Below, piece after piece: positions 23,531 through 35,451 of a stretch of DNA of 36,820 bases (positions are counted from its first letter, which is position 1; the number at the start of each line of letters is the position of its first letter). The notes under the pieces were generated by a model that ran no database searches, was not told where the DNA came from, and was given only the letters and a program-made list of their open reading frames with translations. Source of the stretch: Catajapyx aquilonaris (lineage: Eukaryota); the NCBI GenBank assembly GCA_000934665.2, contig KZ539009.1, positions 1 through 36,820 of the forward strand. Direction: 5' to 3'. Both the position numbers and the translations under genes were made by a program.

Positions 23531-25324
23531 CGTAGGAGTAAGAATGAAAATTCTTGAGTCGATCCATCTTGCATGGCCAATTTGGGAGGCAGTGTTTCTG
23601 TAGAGAATCATCTGTCACTTCTGTTGTTTTCCGACCCTCTTTTTTTTAAAGCCCCGCCTCCAAGTCAGATATTGGGATAAGGAACCATTGTCTTCAGTGT
23701 CACAAAGAATCCACCCCTTAAAAAACGGGCATGAATAATTAATATCCACATTTTTCAGCGTGGGATTAAATTTTTTTTTCGTTGTTTACGCTGCATTTCG
23801 GAATTAATCCGGCCGGCATTAACAGACAGTAGGCCTGACAGCTTACAACAAGCCGCCACAGTTATGTTTAGATAGCGGTTGTTATAACTGACTATATACC
23901 CTCAGCCGATGCAAAAGGGAACGATTTGATTACCCCCGTGTTTCATCGTGGGCTTAAAACTTCTTTTTTTTTTGTGCAACCGGGTTTAATATTATACTAT
24001 TTTTAATTGGCCGCCTACTCTAAATCGCTAAAGCGCACGTGTTATAACACGGAAATAATTGAAATAGCTCGCTGATCCGGTTTTTGATGTCGATCGGAAT
24101 TCACCGCATAATTACCGGGGGCTTGCTTGTGAATCGAGTACAAAGACCCAGCTATACCCAATTCCAGAGGGGTACAGTATTGATGGTGCAGCAGAAAAAA
24201 AAGTGCCGATTAATTGGAGATTTAAGCTCACATCGCACCCCCCCCCCCCCNTTGCAAACACAAAAAATTTCATAATGGCGTTTTTGGCGAATGTTTAGAA
24301 ATTCCCTTTCAGCAGGCAGGGGTGCGGATGAAAAGCGGGGCAACTTTGGAGCGAATTGTCCGGCCTTGTTTGTGCCGAGTGCAGAACTGAATCGTTTTTT
24401 TTTTTTTTGGCATAGACAAAAAAAAAAATAGTGTGCGGACTGAATATAACCGGGCTTGAAACCAACTGCAGAGAGCGACATAATTCATTTTCTTGAGAGG
24501 GGGGAGTACCGGGGGTGGTATAACAAGTGTCAACATTTTTTTTTCTTAGGGGGGGAACCAGCGTGGTGCGACTTTAACACGCACGGCTTATCGCAAATTC
24601 CGCTATCTGCGACCGTAATCAAAGCGGCAAATGCTCCTGAATAACACAACAGGACGTGACTGCGAAGATTACTCGGGCTGACAAATTATACTTGGCCAGC
24701 GACAAGATAAGCTTGTAATTAAATTTTCAGGTACGCGCAACACGGTCGACTGCTGCTATTGGTTTGAAGGAATATGTGCAAATCAGCGTTGTTTACACAC
24801 GAACCTGAAAATTGTCCATAACATATTGTGGAATTTTGTGTGCTAATTTGCAGCTATCCCAAATGTCTAGAAGTGTGTCGGACATCACGAATAACCATAC
24901 ATGCAAACACTGTTTTATGTAGGTATGGATCATTACGGTACCGGCCACTAGATGGCTCTGACGGCGATCTTATCGCAAACGCGGTTAATTACGCGGCTGT
25001 TGTTGCGTGGGAAAACTCGCAGACAACATTTTTTATTATAGAGCGAGCGCTTCAGGGGGGGGGCACGTATCTATTTCTCTCTCGCATAGATTTATCGAGG
25101 CAACACCGGGTAGGATTATCAGTGCATTTCAGTGATTTAATCTGGCTTGCGGGCGCGGCTTGACAGGTCGGTCGTGGTGCCGGTGCTCACGAACAGCTGA
25201 CAGTGGTTTATCATGCAGCTTTTACAGTTGTTTGCACAGGAGCTACCCCCGTACAGCAACTTTGATAAATAAAACTGACACGAGAGCAGGGGCACCCCAC
25301 TTTGCGTGGACCACTGCCATTGTG

Positions 25325-25366
25325 GGAGGGAGAGAGAGAGAGAGAGGGGGGGGGGGGGGGGGGGGG
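25325..25366. repeat. (GA)n microsatellite fused to poly-G; representative of several (GA/TC)n and poly-G/C tracts
   Basis: Seen directly. Other (GA/TC)n runs are near 9299, 22363, 26936 and 32003. Confidence 0.9.
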
Positions 25367-25567
25367 TTTGCATGGAGGNAATACCATTATGGCTTTATTT
25401 GCGCTGGAGCTTTTGAATGCAGCTGATAGAGCTTATTAGCCGTTTCCCGTCAGTTGTAATGGGCGGGTCACGAGGATAGGGGGGATCAAGGAGTTAACCT
25501 TGGGCCTCACGAAATGGCCCTACTGCTTACACCAAGCTGAAATAAGCATATTATCGCTTGTTAAACG

Positions 25568-25611
25568 TTGATATATCGATATATCGATTTTGATATGGCG
25601 AGATATCGATT
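25568..25611. promoter_or_regulatory. DRE-like cluster (TATCGATA plus 2x TATCGATT)
   Basis: Seen at 25574, 25582 and 25604. TATCGATA is the established Drosophila DREF element and contains the BEAF-32 CGATA motif. Confidence 0.3.
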
Positions 25612-26968
25612 TTGGATTGGTCACAGCGGTAAATTCCTCCATTGGCCACTTCCTTATTCGCAAATTGGGTCGCGCCTTTTTGTTGTCAGCTTCACAAAAG
25701 CCGCCACACTATACCGCTAAAGCCCTGGCCTTTTACAAGCTCGCCGCATGCATTATTATTCGCATTGTGACCGAAAGTATCGGGTTGTGTTGTTCTCCCT
25801 CGGGTTCTTTTTTCTGCTGGGTCTACGGCTTTAATACGCAATTTCACGGGCTATGGTTTTTCCAAAACATATATATCCTATAGCCCCCTCCCTTTGCCCC
25901 CATCGTACTATAGAGTGAACAGAATCAGAGATGCCTCCTGGGGGGAAAAGAGGGCAAAAGAGGATGTAGCTACTGCACGTTTTATAATCCCTCAACTCGG
26001 GCGGAGGTAATAATAGATCAAAGTCCGGATCAGCTGGGGCCAACCTCCGGATTTTCATTTTTCCGGGACGTGGAGTGTAACAATCCGCTGAAGTGTTTCG
26101 TTCGTCTCTCTCTAATCCAGTGCAAAATCGGTGCCAGGGTTTTTTTTGAGTATATATGTGGAGGGACCCACAGAACTGTGGTGGAAAAAAACCCCCTTCC
26201 ACTTGGTTCTAAATCGGGTTCTGGGTGGGGGGAAGTCTGAAGAGCCCTTTTAATCACCAGAGAGGGAAGGCTAATAAAATTAATCTTTGAAAAAAAGTAA
26301 ACCCACTTCACTCACAAGACCCGTGCTCATTTAGTACCGTGAACTGCCTGTAAAAGAGTGAGATGCAGTCAATATGGGTTCTTTTGGCGGGCGAATATTG
26401 GGGGGCGCATAATAGGAGCTGTTAATTATTTAAGGGTGCTTCATAGGCCTACCGCATTACCACGGCGAATAACCTCTTTGTGGATACTGTACCCCCGTTG
26501 GGTGGAGATACTACAGTGGCGGTGTTCAAGTAGAGATAGAGCCTGTGGTGCACCATATACTGTGTCTATGATACACCTTCCGGTTGGAAACAAAGTTGGA
26601 TTTTTTTTTCCGGCTGGAAAATGGTGCTACAGCTACACTGCTATAATTAAAAGCGAGCCAGTTTTGGCCGCAATTTGTCAGCAATTCCGTTTCAATTTCC
26701 GGTGTCCGGACCTGTCCTTTACCAGCATTAAGACCCTACAACTTAAAAGATTAAAGATAATGGGTACAGTCAGAGCGCGTAATGAAATAGTTGACTCGAA
26801 GCAAACCCCTGGCCAATCTGAAATCAACACCCAGACGTCGAGCGTCATCATCATGATAATCATCTCATTCCGGGGGAGTCATTTGGTATTCGGAAGCGGA
26901 TAAATCGCTTTAGGAGCTATTTCCATCCCGAAGGGCTCTCTCTCTCTCTCTTTATAGAGGTTGAGGCT

Positions 26969-27012
26969 GGGGGAAGAGGGGGAGGGAAGGGAAGGGGGGG
27001 AGGGGGGGGGGG
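26969..27012 (+). repeat. Purine-only G-run tract with G-quadruplex-forming potential
   Basis: Seen: six runs of >=3 G separated by 1-4 purines. A similar tract lies at 27749-27778. Confidence 0.7.
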
Positions 27013-29461
27013 AAGTTAAATCCTTAGACCCTACGTGTGGGGCCCGGGTTGGCACGACAAATATCCCCACCGCCACTTCTCCTCAAGAGCTTTAGAGGCT
27101 GCTGCGAGGTCCAAAGCCCACTTTACGACTTCTTCCGCTCGTGGAATTTCATGATACGACGGTGGGGTGGTGCCCAGGCTCGGGAGGGATCTCATTAGTT
27201 GGACGCATTCCGCCCCCTTTTCTTTACCCTGCCAACCCGAATTTCAAAAGCCTGCAAAATGTGATAGCAAAATTATGCACATTAATAAGTGTACTACAGA
27301 TGATAATTTTTTGAAAAGTTTTGCATACAAAAAAAATGGCACTTGTCGAACTTATTGGATCAGGCGTGAAAAATCGTCTGGGTGGGTGGGGTGGGGTGGG
27401 TTGAGCAGACGTCGTCCGGAGGCATAAAAGGGTCTCCCGGATATTCCCATTGGCGAGGCGTCCAGCCGCTCCTAATGGGGACAGCCCCATCCCCCCGGAG
27501 AGAGTAGCGTTGGCCAGCAGCACAGCCCCCCCGATAATTTGATCTCCGGGCGCAATTCAATAGAGTGGCGATTGGGACCCAGGAGGGGAGAGGCGGGGGA
27601 GGTAGGATAGGGGGAAAAAAATGGAGGGTTTGACAGGCATCGATCCTCCTCCAGGGAGGAAATGGGATTGGTATTGAGATTGGCGCGGGATGAGGGTCAA
27701 GGGAATCCGATTTGCGGGGCGGAGGCGGCCGAGTGAGAGAGTTTTTCAGGGGGCGGAGGATGGGGCGGGGGCGGGGGGAGACCAAACTAGTTGAGTCCGG
27801 GGGCTTGTCGTGTTCCGGAGATGGTATTCACACTGGGTGACAGTTACAGGGTATTTTTCACGGGTTTTTTTTAAAGGGAGGGAGAGACTGGATTGGGGAG
27901 GATTCACACGTCGTTTGAAGGGGGGGTGGAATAGGGAGATTTGTTAAATGGGGGTGATGACTGGGCGGGTACAGGGTGAGACATATCGTCTGGTGACGTC
28001 ATGAGTAAAACTTGTCGCTGCATAATAACCTCGGGCTTGACAGGCCCGAAAATATGCAGGGTAAATGAGAAAACAAGGGTAGAAAAGCGATTCCGTCGTC
28101 TCGGAGTAATATTCCTGAAATTTAGTATTGCGGGGGTCTGACATAATGTGGTCATTCCGACAGTGTATCTGCTGCGCTGCACACTCCGCGAGCATGAAGA
28201 TTGTTCGCAACCTACTTCGTCGGGAGTTTTAAAAAAATAGAATAAACTCGGGGCATCATAAATATTTTTGAAAGGCTTCCTGCCTAACTCCATTATTACA
28301 GCTTCCGGTTACAAAGCAGAGCGCTTGTTATTTCTCCTGGCAGGAGTAAATGCGGCAAAAAAGGGTCTGCTCCTCCATTCCGCGAAGAAGTGTCAAGACT
28401 TGTAAGCTTGTAATGAGTTTACAGGGGAAGGTTGATGCAACTGCCTCCAATAACTCTTAATAAGCGGCCTTGGCTTAAGGGTTATTCTTAAACCGTCGTT
28501 TGCATCGCAAATTACAATACAGCCCGGGTCAAAATAATCTTATTTTATTTTACATAATTGCATTTTTATGTGTAATATTATATGCCCAATGGTGATATGT
28601 GCTACACGATATAACTTCCCCCCCCCCCCCNNNNNNNNNNNNNNNNNNNNNNGTAAAGTGCCAAGATGGGGCTTATATCATGCGATTTTAGCCCGACTGT
28701 ACCTCTATCTGCTATAAAGCAGTGTGCTTGGAATTCACCATTTTTTGATACTTTTTTACGACTTTTTGTGTGTGCGCGCGAGGAAACTGGCCGCTTCTCG
28801 TGCCTAGAGCCAGGAAGCGTCGTGTTTAGTAGGCCTCGCAACTTGCGCAGGTTATCGGGATAAAGGCCTTTTCTTCTATACCCCCCACACCTACCCACCA
28901 CCCTAGACCATAATGCACTACACGCGGGCCGAGTTTTTACGTGAATAGGATCCTAAATGTGGCTCAGGAGATGCGCCGGTTTTATTATTATTTTTTGTGT
29001 GTGGGCATAACGTAATGTGGTGTGTTATGCAAATTGAGGGCCTAAGAGCCCAGGAGCAACATGATGTAACACGGTGCATAAAGCGCGATTATGAGGCACC
29101 AATAATTCGAGCGAGGTTTACGGAGGCGTTGGGTATTAATTAAGATGTGCAAGAAATCCAAGAGTGGATTATCCAGTTGGAGATTGACTTACAGGGGGCT
29201 TAATTATTCCAGCTGGCGAATCCCAAGATGGCTGGCTTCTGCCGTAAAATATTAATTCCGGGCATAAATTCCCCACCTCACGTACACGGCATTATCCTTG
29301 GAAGACTCGTTAAATGAACGTTGTGAGCCAGGGGGGTTGGAAATAAAAACCCATTCGTCTCTCTCATATAATGGCTGTGGTTTTACGAGCTAATATTTCT
29401 TCAATATTGTGATTTGTTTCTGAAGACTAATGACCGTTTTTTTTTTCTTTTTTCCTTCCAG

Positions 29462-29497
29462 GCAAGTAGTCATTCCAGCTCAGGACGCGGATATATC
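29462..29497 (+). CDS. Exon C, 36-nt microexon (phase 0-0); ASSHSSSGRGYI
   Basis: Seen: branch point CTAAT at 29427-29431, a ~23-nt pure pyrimidine tract, ccAG (29460-29461) and consensus donor ATC|GTAAGT at 29498. Its 12 open codons continue exon B in frame (…DRLSD|ASSHSSSG…). Confidence 0.75.
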
Positions 29498-31257
29498 GTA
29501 AGTAAAGTGATATTTTTATGGGTTGTTGATTCTGACCGGGATAATTGGGCACGAGCTGCACAACGACATCTGCCTGGAAATGGAAGAACTGGCTACCCTG
29601 GCCCGAATATTTTTTTTTTTTTACCAAGCAGCCATTGTAGACTGTTTTTTTTTTTTCCTTCCGAAAAAAATCTCCTTCCCGTTTTCAGTGGCGTCGTTTA
29701 CAAGGGCCGTCAGTGGGGGCCCGGCGAGGGGCCGAAATTGAAACTCCCAGCGCTCATAAATTGTGCATAATTCCCATAACACGCTCCGGCGTGCCATTCC
29801 GCTGCTTCCTAAAGGCCCCTCTCCCGTGCCTCGTAAAAGTTGCAAGAGCCCTTCTTGACTCTTTTCCTAACTTTTATGCTTTCATATTTTTCATCCCCGT
29901 GTGTGTTAATTGCCTCCCTAGAAACCCTGCGCGTTTTTTTTTTAATGGTAGGATGCCTGTGGCACGCTGCCTAGAAAATTATTGACGTCACTCACGCCTG
30001 CACTATGTTTTTATGGGTCTTAACGCTGGGGTTGGAATATTTTGGGGGTAGTTTGTGAAGTGGGGGGGCAGATGGCGTGGGGGTGTTACTCCGGACAGCT
30101 GACTATAGTGGGACGGACCTGGGGCTTAGGCGGAACTTGGGGCAAGAAAGCGACAACAAACACATCAGTGCAACAATACGCTGTAACTAAAATTCAGTGG
30201 GCTTTTACAAATTAATTTAGTTAAATAAATAGTTTTCTTGGTAATAATGCGGAATGATGTTGATTCAAGAATCGAAATGGGGGGGTAGCTTCCTGTGTTT
30301 ATGTTCATCACAGACGTTTGCTAACAGTATGTTGCCGAAATTAACCGCGGATTTTTATGACGCGACCTGGCGCGCAATAACATTTGCAGAAAATTGCACA
30401 TTGTGTACATTGGTGTAAGTCACTGTTGATTTTAGGTTGTATTTACACTGAATTTGCGATAGAGACAGAGCGAGTCGCGACATGAGTAGAACAAATACCA
30501 GGGGGGTTGGATCCCGGAAAGAAAAACACTATAAAAAAGCCCCCCGCTTCTACTCACACGGATCAGTCGTTTCGCCTGCATAGAAACTATCGAGTGTGCA
30601 CTTTTCATCCACTATTTTTTCTCTCTCTCAACATCTGCCCGGGCCTCTTTGTTGGGCGAATCCGGGCAGACTTTAGCGAGCAACTCGAGCGCATGAAAAG
30701 CAATCCAGCGCCATAACTCATTTCTATGTGCGTCCCTAGAAAAAGGAACCTTTCATCTAACCATCTCCGGGGCCTTCCAACCCAAAATGCAAGCGCTGTC
30801 CTACAATTCACTTAGGGCGCTCCGACATTCCTCTAACATATCCCCACAGCATGTATGAGGCCCTGGGTTGAGTGACTTTGATGAACCCTGGCGCGCATCT
30901 AACTGTCGGCTGCAAGAGCGTTTTCAGCGCCAACTCACGGGCTCCACCTCATTAGTAAACGGATAACAAATGGGCCCTTTTACTCCTGCTCTTATATGGC
31001 GCGCCGCGTCACATTAAAACCGGAGCCAATTTTATTTACAGGCCGTTAAGTGGGGAAAAGGGGGATCATTTTACTGTAGGATGCGTGTTGAAAAGTACTG
31101 GGTATGTGAGAACACTCGGCGAATTTTTTTTTTTGTAGACAAAGCAGCTAGCCTCTATTCACTGATGATAAACAGTGTAGCCTCCTTTCAGGCGTGCATC
31201 AAAGTGTGAACTGGTCTACAAAACTGTTTAAATTTCTTTCAAGTATGAGCATGTGAA

Positions 31258-31320
31258 TTGATATATCGATACGGACGTATCGATTCCAGTATCGGCGTGG
31301 GCGATTACATCATGGCGGCC
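31258..31320. promoter_or_regulatory. DRE-like cluster plus YY1/Pho-like ATGGCGGC
   Basis: Seen: TATCGATA at 31264, TATCGATT at 31278 and CATGGCGGCC at 31311-31320. It shares TTGATATATCGATA with 25568. Confidence 0.3.
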
Positions 31321-32598
31321 GATGTCGACGTCAGGAATTAATTCCACAGCCCCTGTGCCAGAGCGCCAGGTAAAACCTGGGGTAAATCCTCGACATACTT
31401 GGTCAGGAATCCACGGAAACTAATTTCGAAATCCAACGATAACCCGGGCGTAAAGTATACTTGTGCGTATAGAGTGAACCCGGAAAACCTGAAGTGGCGG
31501 ATCACCCGAAGGTGATGAATCTGAATCCGAAAACGGTTTGTCGCTATCTCCTGCGGTTTAGGCCCTGATACTGTCCACAGACAGACGGACATAGTCGTTC
31601 TATGAGCCTATTTTTGTAAAGAAAAAAAGTTAAAACTGGTCTCACAGCAGGAGTGTACTAAAGTGGCAGGTTACTTTTGCAGGGGCTTGTGGTGTAATGC
31701 ACATCTGGCAGCCAGACTTAGAGTTCACGTATCCCCCTGCGGTACATCGCTGTATTGTAGGAAGTCCCCGTTAATTTAACACTGGTGGTGTAGAATTTGT
31801 GCGGCGCAAATCCGGGGCAACGTTAGCGGCTTCTGAAACTAGGTTGTTGAGGACTCATCAGACGTCGGGGGAAGACGGCGGGGGAAAGGGCTTTAGGAAA
31901 ATGTCGGGGTGCCAAGTAAGCGTTAAATGCGTCCAAAAGTTGAAAATCCGGGAGCCCGGATTCATTATCTTGGAGTCGCAGGGGAAATCCCTCCCCGCTT
32001 TTGGAGAGAGAGAGAGAGCGAAGAGAGAGGGGGAGAGCCAAAAGTGGTGCACTGGAGGCCATCTTTGCACTTCTGATGACTTCATTTTGAAGAGGGGAGG
32101 GCCGAGAAGAATCTTTGTATCGCTCACTTCCACACGCACGGCTTCTGAAAGGCTCATTTCAAAAGTTGCTAATCTTTTGGCGCAAGTGCCAGTTTCGCTC
32201 TGGTAGATTTGCAACAGCCCGGTGTTAATACCGCCCTAATCAAGCCTGTCCTAGTTGCAGCATTCTTGGCAGGATTTGTGGTATCGGGATAGGTATGTTC
32301 AAGTGGGCTGTAGCTAGTGGCCACAGGATATGTCGGGAATGTGCAGAATTTTTTCCAATATGAATTTTTATGAGCGTGCTAATTTTTACTATAGTGATGA
32401 TTGCATTCACCTGGTTTCAAGTGCAATATACTTTCAAATTGGATTTCTGGGTAATAAACAGCATGCAATAATAATCATTTTCATTAATGCTGGTTTTATT
32501 GAACAGTATACAACTTGAACAATAGCGCATTGTCTGCCATTGCTATAAAAAATTGTAATAAAAAATGCACCCTGGTGAAATTGCATCGGGGGTAAAGG

Positions 32599-32660
32599 TT
32601 AGTTCCAGGACGCTACCGGCAGAGGGCGCGATGCGACATGCGCGACATCTATCCTGGAAC
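32599..32660. repeat. Short dispersed repeat, copy 1 (CTCF-like motif; flanked by 9-bp inverted repeat GTTCCAGGA/TCCTGGAAC)
   Basis: Seen: 43/52 identical to 33143-33193 by manual alignment. The inverted repeat arms are 32602-32610 and 32652-32660. Confidence 0.7.
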
Positions 32661-33142
32661 ATCCTACCTTCCATGTCATTCCTAGAATTGGGTCAGTTGG
32701 CAGGATATCTAAATCCATCTCTGCCGGTTTGTGGTATAATCCAGCCTGGGGTGTGTAATGTAGTACAGAGGTGAGGGGTGTGTGTTCCAGGCTGCAGCTT
32801 GAAGGGTCCTGGGACAGGGTCCGCAAGTGCGAGCTGTCGAGGTAGACAAGCGGCGCATGTATAATGCAAAGCGGTGCTTGTACAGCCCCAGTGTCTCGTG
32901 CTGTCCGGACAGTCCTTTGCGCTTTATTTGCCGCCAGAAGGACAAGCTTGGAATCAGGCCTTTCTTCCTCAGGTGGTGGGGGGATGGGGGGCGACAAGGA
33001 GGGTCCGGTCATACTGCATGTGCACTACATGCTCTCCGGGCCAGTGTGTTACTTTATTTATGGACTACCGGTCAGTGTAGGAAGGTCCGGTGCTCTTGCT
33101 GTACTAGTCTGGTGTATTTTTTGATAAAAACAAGCTGCCCTC

Positions 33143-33193
33143 TTAGTTACCGGACGCTACGGAAGAGGGCGCTACACGACATTCGCGCCATCT
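33143..33193. repeat. Short dispersed repeat, copy 2
   Basis: Seen: TTAGTTACCGGACGCTACGGAAGAGGGCGCTACACGACATTCGCGCCATCT aligns with 32599-32650. Confidence 0.7.
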
Positions 33194-34321
33194 GCCATCA
33201 GGAAATGCATCCACGCTAATCACCGGCCATTCTCACTTCCTATTGAGCTAATTACCATCCCCCCCCCCCCNCCCCCCCCCCAACAAAATCGGCGTCGCAG
33301 AAGTTGATGACCTGATCCCCTGCCAATAGGATTTGGGGCGTCACACCCCCTCAGGGCGGTAAGAAATTGCAATCATCGGCGGAAGCGATGAAATGATGGC
33401 CAAATGGAATGAAAAGGAGGGCTGGGGATTGGGGAGGAGGGAAAAGCCCAATTGGGATTGACGCATCTGGTAGGATGCAAATTAGGGCTGGAGACAAGCT
33501 TGAAAGCAAGGCATGCCGCGCTTTCTGTCAGGTCACCAGTTTCGCATTTACAGTGCCAGATATCCTGAATTATGTAGAACAAAAAGGGGCAACCTCCCCC
33601 GTTTACAGCTCGTATAAAACGGTTAATTCTATCGGAGTTGGTGCCTGGAGCTGTCTAATGATAGGAGCTTAAGTGCTGCCGTTTTATGGAATAATCCAAA
33701 CTGGCGTGACGGTCGTGCCAAGGTGACACCCCCATGGATATTTTTTTTCGGCGTTTTTTGTGTGTGTTTCTTTAGCTGCACGCCATACTCTCCATCACCG
33801 AAGTAGAAACAAGGTTCTATCGGAAAAGACTTGCAAGTTGCAGCGGGGGCCCGGCCGGGCTTTATTTCCTGGTCCCATTGCCTCCCTGCCATTTCCCCGC
33901 TGGTAATTCATCTTTTATGTCCGCCCATAAAGTTTTTATCGCCGGTGATGGACCCCAGTAGTCCAGAGGGACGCAGTGGAGAATGTTTTATGGGAACTGG
34001 CAAGGCGAATCCGCCCGACCTACAACATGGAAGGAGGAGACAAGAGAGATGGCGCTTATCAGTTGAAGCACTTGCGCCGACATACACTGCTGCCAGGGAG
34101 ATTGTCAAGTTGGCTCGTGGAACGAGTGGGGAAGTAGGCTAGAGGGGGAAGGAGGAGCTGGGGGGGGGGGGGGAGAAAGAGAATGCATTTCCACACGTAC
34201 AGAGTGAGTCAAAGTTTGGGTGGGACATTGCTTCCAACTCAATTCAGCAGTTTTCAGTGTCCATTGCATCTCGACCCAAGTCAGCACTTAAATTTAAACT
34301 ATATATTGTCATTGTACGTCG

Positions 34322-34437
34322 ATATTTTTATTCATTTATGTAAATAATTTATTCATTTATATAAATATTTTAATTCATTTATATAAATATTTTAATTCAT
34401 TTATATAAATATTTTAATTCATTCATATATATATATT
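34322..34437. repeat. 22-bp minisatellite ATTCATTTATATAAATATTTTA, ~5 copies
   Basis: Seen: three identical units at 34351, 34373 and 34395, with degenerate units on either side. Confidence 0.92.
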
Positions 34438-35412
34438 GAAAACAGGCGGGTTTTTGCAATTTTAGGGCTGGAGCGTACTGAAACTAAAGCGCTTCCAAAT
34501 TTGGGGTGACCCTACGAATAGTGGGCGTGAAGGCTTAGATTGAGTACTTGACAGTTAGGGCTGGGTAATGGAGTATCGGCGTTATTTATGACTGCGTAGC
34601 GCAGTTAAACTCAAACATCACATTCTTTATAACATGTTACGCAGTGCGCGGTAACTCGTACCGGGCAGAAAAAGCGGGTCCAGAGTGCTTTAGTAAAACA
34701 TCGCATTAAAACTACTCGTCCATGGAACTCTCCTACCCTAGTAAAACGAGGGGGGTAAATCTGGACTCTTGGAAAATGAGCCGTAAATTGGCCGTTTTGA
34801 TGGGCTTGGACGGTTTTTAGGGACACTAGCCCTGGCTGCCTTTTTCTTTTTGTAGTTCACACGTGCCTCAATTCCGATCAGAGCTAGCGAAAAGATACTG
34901 CCTATATTCTTACTTGCTGACAACCATCAAAACCCGGGAAGGTTTTTTACTGCTGGACCATTAAAAGTCGGGTACTTCCGGCGCATAATTTTCTCACTTT
35001 GCCGAATTTGGACATTTTTGAAGCGTCGCCTTAACAGGACTGTTCCCGCCCTTATTGTGCGGCGGTAAAAAAAACCCTCACATTGTGAGCGGTAATATAA
35101 AAGGGGGGCACACCAGGGCGACAGGTTACAAAAAAAAAGTCCGGTTGTTGAATCAATGTCACTGGAGTGGCAAAAAAATATTAACTTTCAAATTATCCAC
35201 CGCTTGTAGGGAAAAAGTCACAAAGTTAGGGGGCTTTTGGGGGACATTGTGTGGTGTTTGGGGGCCGCTTACACGGGCCCGGTTCCCACAATTTTCGGTC
35301 GCGGTTTTAGAATTACAATGACACATGGGGTCATAATAGGGAGAGCAGGAATTTTTTTTTTACAAATTGATTTTTAAATTAAATTAAATTAAATTATTGG
35401 ATTAATGTACGT

Positions 35413-35451
35413 TGCGCGCGCATAGCGGCCATCTTGTCGGATGCGCGCGCA
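35413..35451. promoter_or_regulatory. YY1/Pho-type motif GCGGCCATCTTG enclosed by an 11-bp inverted repeat
   Basis: Seen: TGCGCGCGCAT-agcggccatcttgtcgg-ATGCGCGCGCA. Confidence 0.35.

Larger units (their letters stand above)
22863..29461 (+). other. Putative GT-AG intron (~6.6 kb) between exons B and C
   Basis: Inferred from the GTAAGT donor at 22863 and the strong acceptor ending at 29461. Confidence 0.6.

Noticed and set aside
26358..26903. Longest ORF in the track (181 aa)
   Set aside because: It has a GTG start, no recognisable domain, non-coding-like composition and no convincing splice boundaries. An ORF this long can arise by chance.
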